Assembly (NCBI GenBank): GCA_950097015.1
Contig: CATNEN010000038.1
Span: 24,676,001-24,740,000, forward strand
Direction: 5' to 3'
Origin: Macrostomum hystrix
Lineage: Eukaryota; Animalia; Platyhelminthes
DNA length: 64,000 bases
In this document: piece after piece, positions 1 to 12,200 of the stretch
Layout: every line of letters begins with the position of its first letter
Position numbering within the stretch: position 1 is the stretch's first letter
Notes under the pieces: generated by a model
Database searches by the model: none
What the model was told of the DNA's origin: nothing
The model's input: the letters and a program-made list of their open reading frames with translations, nothing else
Position numbers and translations under genes: made by a program

Positions 1-72
1 TTGTCGCCTCGTCGTCACAGTGAAGCTTCGACTTCGACATCTCCGCGACCAGAGCTTCCCAGCTGAATATGA

Positions 73-284
73 ATGCATGAACCGGGCGGTGACGTCATCG
101 AGGCGGTCTGGTCGTCGCCCGCTTCGGCCAGCGGAGTTGCCATAGAATCAGAGGATGCCGAGCCAGAGATAGAGGTGCGCGCCGATGAGGAAATACCTTA
201 TCCAGGATTTTATCCCATTGTGCTGCGCTGTCTGCACCAGCGGCATCCGCTGAGATCGTGGTGCCTGCGCGTCATTTCTTGGCC
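73..284 (+). CDS. Cav3: Cav3 exon 1 (N-terminus, PYPGF...[13 protein letters not shown])
   Basis: ATG preceded by in-frame TGA; Cav3-like N-terminal motif; ends at the U12 donor ATATCCTTT. Confidence 0.9.
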
Positions 285-3200
285 ATATCCTTTTCGTCTG
301 TTCCTGACGGTATTTGTTGAATATAATATTGTTTAATTGTGTGTCTTTGTCCCAGGTGGCTTTTCCAACGTCCAAGACGATCTTCAAAGATTGTGTAAGA
401 AGGATTAATATCGTCAAAAATGCATTGTGCGCCTGACCTGTTTCGCATTAACCAGTTCAATCCCTTGTCATCTTTCTTCATTGTCCGCTTTCATACGTAT
501 GGCTCATAGGCACCACAGTACGTGACTCCTTGTATATCTTTCACTCTGCAGCTTTCCCTCCTCCTTAGTATCTCAATTGCTACAAAGTCAAAAGGGACGT
601 GTGTGTTTTTTCACCCAGTCGATTGATGCGCAATAGGAGTTTAATCACGCATTACTCTTCTGCCGTACAGTGGGAGATGGCCTAGCTAGAGCCCAGAAAG
701 GCAATGGACTTTTGGTTAGAGGAAACTTTTTAATATCCAAGCAGTTTTTTCTGCTTCGCAAGATTAAACGTCGATCGTTCGTCTCGTGCCTTTGTCTCCA
801 TTTGCGTGTCCTGCCTCGCATTAACGGTTTGGTATAGAATAGAATATAGAATAGCATAGTGCGAGATGCATTACTCTGTAATAATGGGTTAAGAAAGGGC
901 GGCTGAAATCAATTAATTCGGTTGAAGAGGGGGTGGTTGTAAACCACGCACCCAATCAGTTCGGTGGAGGAAGGGGTGGTTGTAGAACACGCACCCAATC
1001 AGTTCGGTGGAGGAAGGGGTGGTTATAGAACACGCACCCAATCAGTTCGGTGGAGGAAGGGGTGGTAGTAGAACACGGACCCAATCAGTTCGGTGGAGGA
1101 AGGGGTGGTAGTAGAACACGGACCCAATCAGTTCGGTGGAGGAAGGGGTGGTAGTAGAACACATGCTCAATGATTTCGGCGCAGGAGGAAGGGGTAAAAC
1201 ACGCGCTCAAGCATTTAAGGATTATTTCTTGAGCATTACGTGTGCTAAAAGACAAAGAAAAATGTTTATCTTGGACTAAGCTTCGAACTTCTGACTCTCG
1301 GTTAGAAGATTAAGCTTAACTGTTCGACAATAAGCTTCCCGTATAGCCACTTTACTACTACTTGTACAGATCACATAATGAAGTCATTGCCAATGAGAAT
1401 TCAGTGTTAAGGCTATCGATATGTTTGCAGCTGAGCTGTTTATTGAGTAAACCACAGTTCTGCGCATACACTTCTCTCCTTTCTATTTGACTGCTGCTTG
1501 GGCTTACGGACCTTGGACTGCATATTATATTAGCTCTAGGCCTTTGAATTTGAATTAATCGCATATAACGAAGGAGTAGATTGACAAAGTTAGCAAGCAC
1601 GTTTGCGTTCAACTGAGTCGTCTTCTCTCTTGAGCTCACATCTCACTTTAATAGAGCTCACAAACACACAGTCAACACTGCCTGCATGGTCTCGGTTGCA
1701 TTCTCAAATGCTTCTTTCATTCTTTCCTAATTCATTCACCCCCCTCACCCTGAGCGTCATTGTCCACCGGGTACCCAATGAGACTTCAAATCGTTCCAGT
1801 CTCAATCAGGTTTTTTACCATATTTTTTCAAAGGATCCTATATAATGGCGGTAGAGCCAAGAAATAGCCTTGGAATAGCCTGGCCATAAATTTTCTTACA
1901 GCGATTTAAAAGGCCGTTAACAAAGGCAGACAATCAGCCTTGTACACCGATCCAGCCACTGCATGCAACGCGGATGTGCAAGTGAGGCTTCAGGGATTAA
2001 CCGGAATTGATGAAGAAAACACCGCACAGGAGGCCAGAAGGAGGAAGCTGAGAAGCAGTTTTCTGGGATCTCTCGGACTGAGTCCTGCATCCGGGTTGTT
2101 TTGTTGCGGTTTCCTTCTACTGAGCTTGTTTAGTTTGGCCTGTTTAAGTTGATCAAAGAGGAAGAAAGCAGAGGAGGTTCGCTTGTGGGATTTGGGATCT
2201 TGTTACTCCAGTAAACTTTCCAAGGGACTCTGTTGGTTTTAGGAACGCATTGGCTGACGCACTGAAAATTGACAGAACTTGGTATGATCTCTGGTTTTTT
2301 GGACTGTTATACCTGTGTTCACCTATGCAAATTAATTCATGCATTAAGGTGCCTGTGTTCGATCCCGCGCCGATGCTACATTTATTTGGGGCACAGCCGC
2401 GGAGAGAAGGCTTGGGGGCTTGTGCAATTTACGTCCTTGAGGGCCAACCTCCAAGGCATAGTGAGAGTGTACACTGCCTGACAATGGGAAATTCAGGGCA
2501 GATGTACACACCTGTGTGCGTGTGTGCTCAGGAGTCAGCGAAATGGGCAGAATTGCCTCCTCGCTGGCTGCGGGTCTAGTGTCGTGAAATGACGTGCCTT
2601 TGCCCGCAGGCATCCTGAAATTATATTAAGGTATTCGAAAAAATTATATTAATAATTTATTTCCGAAATGATGAAAGTCGACGTTGCATTCCATCACAAG
2701 CAGTATCGATAAGTTTCTATCTATTGCCCACTAAACTGTTAATTAAATCAATTAGAGCGACTGACAAATTGACGAGATTTTTCTGGGACGGACTTATCTA
2801 CGGAAATGAGCAGTGGGCTTGGCTTTGGCTGGAGCATTTCCGTCGAATACTGGCCTATCGACCCACAAGACTCTACAATCTCGCTGCAGGGAAACATGTT
2901 AGAGACCTGGAACACTGCAGTGCTCTCACATGGCTCACAATCATTAACAAAAACAAAACAAGCAGTAAAATACTCGTTGTGCAGCAGCAGTTCAGGCCAA
3001 CGAGCCTCGGACCGAATGACGTAGCACAGCCAGTCATTGGTGCCTCAGGGTCAAGGTCTCGATAATAAAAATAATAATTAAAAAAAAAACAAATTTGTTT
3101 TTCGCTAAGAATGTCCTTTAAGCCTTCAAAAGTTGGTCCTGGAACCGAATGCTTACGACCACCTTGCTTTAGTAATCCTTGCTTTCATAGCCGCGCGATC

Positions 3201-6200
3201 GAAGCGGAAACACCCCCATTTCTCCACTCACTCTCTACTTCTTCCTGTCTCCTGCTATCAGCTATAGCCCGTCTCAAATTCTCTCTCGCAGGGGCTATAA
3301 ATATTTATCACCAAGGTTATGTGGGATGGAGGAACGGGCGCTAAGATCCCCAAAATCGCTCATGCTCAATTGAGAACAGTTTTTTTGGCTGTCTGAAAAG
3401 TTCACCTCTGTGTTTGCGTCACACGCGTGTCAATTGAGTCAGTCAGGGACAAGACCGTCACAATATCCGTTTTAAGTGTGCTCAAACTATATTGTTTCTT
3501 CACGTCTCGCCCTACTTGTCTAATTCATTTTACTTTCTAGGCTCACATCACCTGGGTGTGGTTGTCCTTTCTGTCGAATTGGTTTTATTTTTCGCCTCGA
3601 CCTAATCCTATAAGCCTGATAGGCAGATCCGGATAAAAAATGTGTTTCACTTTTTTCTTCAAAGAATCTACTAATCAGACCGAGACAAACCTACCCGTCA
3701 AGATTAATCACGGATAGCTGGATAAGGGTTGGTTCTTTTCCTCCGCTCATTTAATTTGTTTTACCATCTAATGAAAACTTGTATGTTGTAGGTATGTACC
3801 GGTTGATAACAACCGAAATGCCCATTCCGCTGACTCCTGAGCACACAAGCTCACTCACTCATGTGTGTACATCTGCCCTATGCACGACAAGCCTCCAAGC
3901 CTTCTCTCCGCGGCTGCGCCACAAATAAACGTTGCCTCGTCGCGGAATCGAACTCAGGCACCTTAATGAAGTTGAGTTTTTAACTCGACTAGAATTGAGC
4001 TAAGAAATATTGATAAAAACTCGTAATTGACAAGTGAAACTACAGATGAAACTACAGATGGAATATTTAACTCTACCGCATTTGCCTCTCGCACCAAGGT
4101 CCCTGAGCTCGATTCCACGGCGAGGCCACATTCATTTGGGGCGCATCTGCTGAGAGAAGGCTTGGGGGCTTGTCGCGCAATTCAAGCCAACTTGAGGGCC
4201 AACCGCCTTGGCACAGTGAGAGTGTACACTGCCCGACAATGAGAACGCCTACAAGTCTCCATGTCAGGTTTAGTTTCAACCTTCAGCCCTCCCAAAAATA
4301 ATTATTATTTTCGTGATAGTTACAAAACTGTTATCTAACAGTTCAATGCCTAAATTTCATATGGCCTGATTTGGTTGGTTTATCCTTCAAGTCAGGACCA
4401 TATTGCTCCTCTGATTATGCCCCAACTCTCAACTCCTATACTCATAAAGTGCTCCAATAGATGTGGACCCACTCAAAATCTTAATGAATAGAAGGGGATT
4501 TATTGATTTCTTTGCAGGCTGAAATCAGGCAAAAAAGCAGTTTCCTTCAACAAATCGCAGCAGCGAGAGTTGATTAGCTCAGCACATTTCTACTCTGGAG
4601 TGGTTAGGCCAACTGTGTGAATCGCGGCCTGCAGATTATTACGATCATTAGTTGATGTCGATTTCTTGCTTTTGCTGAAATTTCTCCGCGTCATTCAGTT
4701 GCTTAAAACTAATTTGTTTCTTCGTATAGTTCTTAACTACTGACAATGTTTAACTTGCACTATCCTTCTCCCTGCATCTCTCCCTTCCTGCATATCTCGC
4801 TCCCTGCACCTCCCTCCCTGCATCTCCCCCTCCCTGCACCTCCCCCTTCCTGCACCTCCCCCTGCATCCCTCCCTCCCTGCACCTCTTCCTCCCTGCATC
4901 TCTCCCTCCCTGCACCTCTTCCTCCCTGCATCTCTCCCTCCCTGCACCTCTTCCTCCCTGCATCTCTCCCTCCCTGCACCTCCCCCTCCCTGCAACTCCC
5001 CCTCCCTGCACCTCCCCCTCCCTGCACCTCCCCCTCCCTGCACCTCCCCCTCCCTGCACCTCCCCCTCCCTGAATCTTTCCCTCCCGGCATCTTTCCCTC
5101 CCTATCCCTACATGTCTCCCTGGATTTCCCCCTCCCTGCACCTCCCCCTTCCTGCACCTCCCCCCTCCCTGCACCTCCCCCTGCATCCCTCCCTCCCAGC
5201 ACCTCTTCCTCCCTGCATCTCTCCCTCCCTGCACCTCCCCCTCCCTGCAACTCCCCCTCCTTGCACCTCCCCCTCCCTGCAACTCCCCCTCCCTGCACCT
5301 CTCCCTCCCTGCACCTCCCCCTTCCTGCATCTCCCCCTGCATCTCTCCCTCCCTGCACCTCTCCCTCCCTGCATCTCCCCCTGCATCTCTCCCTCCCTGC
5401 ATCTCCCTCCCTGCAACTCCCCTCCCTGCAACTCCCCTCCCTGCAACTCCCCCTCCCTGCAACTCCCCTCCCTGCAACTCCCCCTCCCTGCAACTCCCCT
5501 CCCTGCAACTCCCCCTCCCTGCATTTCTCCTTCCCTGCATCTGTCACTCCCTAAATCTCCCCCTTATTTCATCTCTTTCTCCCTGCATCTCTCCTTCACT
5601 GTGTCTCACAACGCCCATCAAGTTTTAAGCAGTTAAAAAAATTGTCAGACTAGTTAGACTAAAAGAATTTCCAACAGCTAAATAGAACTGTTGAATTCCT
5701 TGCCAATTAACATTTGCAGGGCGCTAATTACGCACCTAAGTTTCAATGGAGCGATAGGAATGTAAATAGTACATCCAGAATATTCGGCGAAAACCCGCAG
5801 TTATAGGAAGAAAGTGCCACTGCGGCAAATGGCGCACTTAATTCTCCCAGTTCTTCCCTGTTCTAATCCCTAGTTATTTTTATCCAAATAAAAAGTATGA
5901 GTGTGCCAGTGTTGTGTTTAGTGGTGTAGCTTTTATAGGCCTTAGGAATGCGCCAGTTCTTGCCATTTTCAATCGCTTTGTTTTACAATGGCATAGTAAC
6001 TTTTCCCAGCAGGCTGGCTAGGCACTGCACTACAGCCATACTTGTGCCTAGTAATAAATGTTTGATTGATTTTCAAATGCGATATAACACGATTTTCTAG
6101 TGGCCAAAACAAGCCGAGCCTTGGTAAAGAGAACTTCTGAGCTAAATTTATTGCATTGGGAATACTTTTATGAACGCGAAATTTCTTCAGGCCTTCTAGC

Positions 6201-9200
6201 AGAAGAATAGATGGGATACTAGGTATTTCTAGATTTAAATTTATGCCATTTCCATGTTCAAACACATTCAAGAAAGATAATTGGATAAAATAAAGGAGGG
6301 GCTGATTGATAGAAGAGGAGATAGAAGAGATGGAGTGACTGAGTAGAATGGAATGGCAGATAGATAGATACAAGAGATGGAGTGACTGATAGGAATGTAA
6401 TGTCAGATTGATAGATAGAAGAGACGCAGTTATTGATAGGAATGTAATGGTAGATAGATAAAAGAGATGGAGTGACTGAGTAGAATGTAATGGCAGATTG
6501 ATAGATAGAAGAGACGCAGTTATTGATTGGAATGTAATGGTAGATATAAAATTATATTTTTATTATTGCTTCCAACAAACTTATTTTCCTAATATCCTTA
6601 AGCTCTATAAGCGAATATCGTAAAGTGCACGGTGGGCATAGTCACATCACGGAACACCACACTGTACAGCAGGCACTGGGGTCTTACTTTTTCTTCTACT
6701 GTTGATTACTTCTGTCTTCCACTTGCTGCTTTTTTCTCTTCAGTTAACGCATGAAAGAATTCGGGAACTTTGGGAGGAGGGGAAGATTGGATACCTTTGA
6801 TACCTGCTGCAACTGTTGATAGTTGAACACGAGATGTGCCTGTAGTATGTATGTTTCTAACTTCTGACCTGTCAGGTGTGGACTAATCTTAAACTGTCCA
6901 TCGGATCCAACGCTATTAGATTGCAAATGTTCATCACTGGCAGTTTGTTTGCGGTTTTTGGCTAATCATTTGGCTTTCTCACACTAGTGTGAGATTCCAT
7001 TGTGACTAATATACTGTAGGAACAGAAAAGGATGTGGCTAATTCACTGTGGGAACAGATAAGGATGTGACTAATTCACTGTGGGAACAGGTAAGGATGTG
7101 ACTAATTCTCTGTATAGGAACAGATAAGGATGTGACTAATTCTCTGTGGGAACAGATAAGGATGTGACTAATTCTGTGTAGGAACAGATAAGGATGTGAC
7201 TAATTCACTGTGAGAACAGATAAGGATGTGGCTAATTCACTGTGGGAACAGATAAGGATGTGGCTAATTCACTGTGGGAACAGATAAGGATGTGACTAAT
7301 TCACTGTGGGAACAGATAAGGATGTGACTAATTCACTGTGGGAACAGATAAGGATGTGGCTAATTCACTGTGGGAACAGATAAGGATGTGGCTAATTCAC
7401 TGTAGGAACAGATAAGGATGTGACTAATTCACTGTGGGAACAGATAAGGATGTGGCTAATTCACTGTAGGAAAAGATAAGGATGTGACTAATTCACTGTG
7501 GGAACAGAAAAGAATGTGACTAATTCACTGTGGGAACAGATAAGGATGTGACTAATTCACTGTGGGAACAGATAAGGATGTGGCTAATTCACTGTGGGAA
7601 CAGAAAAGAATGTGACTAATTCACTGTGGGAACAGATAAGGATGTGACTAATTCACTGTGGGAACAGATAAGGATGTGGCTAATTCACTGTAGGAACAGA
7701 AAAGGATGTGACTAATTCACTGTGGGAACAGATAAGGATGTGGCTAATTCACTGTAGGAACAGATAAGGATGTGGCTAATTCACTGTGGGAACAGATAAG
7801 GATGTGGCTAATTCACTGTAGGAACAGAAAAGGATGTGACTAATTCACTGTGGGAACAGATAAGGATGTGGCTAATTCACTGTAGGAACAGATAAGGATG
7901 TGGCTAATTCACTGTGGGAACAGATAAGGATGTGGCTTTATCTATGCCATGCGGCTTTTTCGATGTTCAGTAACTTATTTAAACAGTTTAAGTTATTTTT
8001 AGAACAAGTTGTTTCAGTTTAACCTAGTATATTATTATTAAAGGCGAGAATTTTCATTATTTTTCTATAAACATTTTTTTGGAAAGCAAGTCGGGCGCTT
8101 TGAGGAAAAGTATTTTAGTAACTCACAACTTTCTTTAACAATTTTTCCTCTTCCGTGACTTCCCATTCCGTTCTCATTGCGAGCCGCATTCACTCTTGCA
8201 ATTCTCCTGTTCAGCGTTTTTTGTTGTTCGAGAAATCCCATTTCCCGTGTGTCCCGTAGCAACCGTGAGAATCCTTGAGTTGAAATCTGTGACCTGAAAC
8301 AATGGCACCTCAGACTGTATTGTGTGACGCGCCCCACAGCACTAGCCTGCAATCGAGGCTATACATTTGCCCCGTCGCGGAAAATCAAATTAACAGCAGT
8401 GATCAAATGATTGCATGAAAACGGCAAAAATGGCTCAGGAGATTAGTCAGACAGTAGTCTAGTATAAATTGGCATTTGGGTTGTTAGGTAGGTATATTGG
8501 TAGACAGAATGGTCGACAATCAGAGAATCATCTCACCCCGGTCTCATTAGTATGTGACTTATCTTGTCTCTTCTCTCCCATGTCTCATCTCTCCCATGTC
8601 TCATCTCTCCCATGTCTCATCTCTCCCATGACTTATCTCTCCCATGACTTATCTCTCCGTGTCTCATCTCTCCCGTGCCTCATCTCTCCCGTGTCTCATC
8701 TCTCCCATGTTTCATCTCTCCCATGTTTCATCTCTCCCATGTTTCATCTCTCCCCAGTGTCTCATCTCTTCCCAGTCTCATCTCTCCCCAGTGTCTCATC
8801 TCTTCCCAGTCTCATCTCTCCCCAGTGTCTCATCTCTTCCCAGTCTCATCTCTTCCCAGTCTCATCTCTTCCCAGTCTCATCTCTTCCCAGTCTTATCTC
8901 TCCCCAGTCTCATCTCTCCCCAGTCTCATCTCTCCCCAGTCTCATCTCTACCCAGTCTCATCTCTTCCCAGTCTCATCTCTTCCCAGTCTCATCTCTTCC
9001 CAGTCTCATCTCTTCCCAGTCTCATCTCTTCCCAGTCTCATCTCTTCCCAGTCTTATCTCTTCCCAGTCTCATCTCTCCCCAGTCTCATCTCTTCCCAGT
9101 CTCATCTCTTCCCAGTCTCATCTCTTCCTAGTCTCATCTCTTCCCAGTCTCATCTCTATCTCTCTGACCAAGTGGAGTTCGCAGTTTCTCCAGTGGTTGT

Positions 9201-12200
9201 CCAATGTAAATGTCAGAAAAAGCGAACTCGTTACTTTATTCAACATTTCCTTAACTCTTCAAACGTTGACTCGCCAAACCGTGCACATGGTTCGAGCGAA
9301 TCAGCATGCTGGTGATTCTATTGAACTGCATCACTCTGGGCATGTACCAACCATGCGTAGACGAGCAGTGCGTCAACACGAGGTGTCATGTGCTTCACGG
9401 CTTCGACCACGCCGTGTTTGCCTTCTTCGCCTTCGAACTGGTCGCCAAAGTCATCGCAATGGGCCTTTGGGGCAAACTGGGATATTTAGGCGATTCTTGG
9501 AATCGTTTAGACTTTTTCATTGTCATCGCCGGGTGAGTGAAGGCAACTACAATGAGTTGGCTGATTGCATGATGCCTTTGGTTGGGGTTATGTTACGACC
9601 CAGAATACACGGTTGATGAGAGAGAGGTAGAGCGAGAGAATATATGGAGAGGTAGAGCGAGAGAATAGAGAGAGAGAGGTAGAGCGAGAGAATAGAGAGA
9701 GGTAGAGCGAGAGAATAGATGGAGAGGTAGAGCGAGAGAATAGAGAGAGAGAGGTAGAGCGAGAGAATAGAGAGAGGTAGAGCGAGAGAATAGATGGAGA
9801 GGTAGAGCGAGAGAATAGATGGAGAGGTAGAGCGAGAGAATAGATGGAGAGGTAGAGCGAGAGAATAGATGGAGAGGTAGAGCGAGAGAATAGATGGAGA
9901 GGTAGAGCGAGAGAATAGATGGAGAGGTAGAGCGAGAGAATAGATGGAGAGGTAGAGCGAGAGAATAGAGAGAGGTAGAGGAAAAATATATATTGAGAGG
10001 TAGAGTAAAGTATCTAACTGAGGTAGACTTAGACTTGTATATGAATTAGCAGTCCTGTTAGAGTACAAGCGACTGCAGGCCCCTATGCGGAATGCAGTCT
10101 CTAGGCGAGATAAGCTAGTATGAATTGAAGTGAAGAAAACGTGGAAGATGTAGACAGCGGAAGTGAGTATGAGCTGCACTGAGGCGAGAAGCTGGAACCA
10201 TTTCAAAGCCATAAAGAAGGCTGATCGATAAATCAAATAACTAATTGAATTAGCCTCTCGGAAACTAAATAGATGATGTGTAGCAAGGGCCGAGATGTGT
10301 AGCAAAGCCAGATTTAGGAAAGTGAAGAAATATCTGTCTGAAAGAAAAAGATAAAAACCAGTTCTAAAGTAAGATTTGTAGCGAATTAATGTGGTTTCAC
10401 TGGCGTCGCTTAAAGTGCAGACAATTGAATTTGTTCCTATTCCTGAGTTCCCTTATCCCTAAATCTTTATTTCTTTTTGGTTTGGGTCACTCTAGTAGCT
10501 AACTAATCATAATAGTGCCGCTGAGGCAGCTTAGAGTGGAAGTGGGTGGGAGTCAGTTTGAGCACGAAATCTATAGTACTCAGCTAAGCTGAGAAAAATA
10601 TCGTCTCTAAGGGCCATTTTTTAAGAATTTCCCCCCCCCCTAGGAAAATGTGATTATAGGATTCTGGCGGCATTTCGATTCTCTCGGGTGATAAATTTAA
10701 CGCCAACAAATTTTTCTGATTGGTTAAAAGGCGGGAAAAGTTCTAACCTAAATTTTAGCCGACGAGATTGCATTAATTTATTCGCAGTGTTTTTTTGTTT
10801 TTAAGCTTTGAATTCTCAACTTTTCATGACTAAAATGTAAACCGTATTGAACAAAAATTAACGCAAAGACTTCTATTAGTACATACCAGTCCAAAAATCC
10901 AGATTTGTTTATTTTAACTTGAACAGAATGGAATGTAGTAGAGTAGAAAATAAAATAAAATATCATAAAATGATGGAACAGCTTTATCAAGTCTCGAAAG
11001 AATCACGATTTTCAACTTTCAAGCACAATAATCTCATCTTCTCCTAATAATTACCTTCGCATAGTCTACTCGAGTACCTGCCGCAGATGAAAGACCTCAG
11101 CCTCACAGCTATACGAACGATTCGAGTTCTTCGACCGCTCCGGGCAATCAATCGCATACCCAGTAAGTTAAAATTTGGTCGTACTACGTAGGGTGTCCCA
11201 GAAATAGCGGGAAAAATCGATGCATCGGCAAACTGGTGAAACATAGTTTATTGAAACTCACGTCACTGATAAATAAACATTCAGCAGTTCTAACGCCATT
11301 TTAATCAAGTAAATATGTCAATTCATTAAAAATTTATGGCTAAAATTAGAACAAGGGGTAAGGGGTAGAGTTACACCAAGTCAAGGCCAGCGGAATCGGT
11401 CACGCAGCATCGCCATCGCCGTCGACTGACGACTTTTCGACGAAGTCCCCCCTTAGCTCGCAGCACTTAGTCCATCGCGTGAGAAGTGCATTGATTGCAT
11501 CTGCATTCACCCTTTGAATCAGTGCCTTTGTTGATGGAGAGATCGGACGGCCACGGTTGGCTGTGTCATCAGCAACGTCTGTTCGCCCATGACTGAACTC
11601 TTCAAGCCAGCGATAGACAGCACTCTTCGAAATGGCACTCACTCCGTGGATTTCAGTCAGCTGGCTTACAATTTCACTGCCTCGCTTGCCCAATTTCCAT
11701 TGGGAGTACACGAACTGGCGCTGACCTTCTTTGGACGAAACGCTAAACATCGAACGATTGAACAAGGGAAAATGAAAAAAATCCAAACTCAACAGCGGCG
11801 TCTTGTCGAGGCGCACAAAATTCGCGAAGTCTCGTGCTTGCTGTCGTTGGTGCCACGGGTATTTCTTGCGTCAGCTTAGGCTTCTTTTGATTCTGGTGCT
11901 CACGCTTCTCTGCTCGTCTGTTGCCTTTTTCTGCTTCTGTTCACTGATGCTTTGGCTCATTTTCTTCTGTCGCAAAAATTTTGTCTAAGGACAAACTTAG
12001 GTTGGGGCCTTGACTTGGTGTAACTCTACCCTTTACCCTACCCTTAGATGGGTGATAACTTATACTTATCAGTGACGTGAGTTTCAATAAACTATGTTTC
12101 ACCAGTTTGCTTGTGCATCGATTTTTCCCGCTATTTCTGGGACACCCCTCGTAGTAATGCTTTGCGATAATGTGCTTTACGAAAAAGTAACCGACACCCA

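Larger units (their letters stand above)
285..9286 (+). other. U12-type (minor spliceosome) AT-AC intron 1 of Cav3
   Basis: 5' end ATATCCTTT (285-293), branch site TTTCCTTAAC (9246-9255), 3' end AC (9285-9286); removal restores [10 protein letters not shown] in frame. Confidence 0.93.

Noticed and set aside
4737-5636. Long ORFs (267-296 aa) on both strands
   Set aside because: Translations of a C-rich tandem array; no domain content.
7000-7937. 32-bp and 33-bp (49060-50190) regular arrays resembling CRISPR
   Set aside because: No unique spacers, no cas genes, eukaryotic context.
5969-8352. Possible nested antisense gene in Cav3 intron 1 (ORFs 5969-6373, 6744-6926, 8065-8352)
   Set aside because: No homology recognised and I could not build a consistent splice chain.
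8469-10305. 220-313-aa Ser/Leu-rich ORFs
   Set aside because: Minisatellite translations; only 9287-9532 is a real exon.
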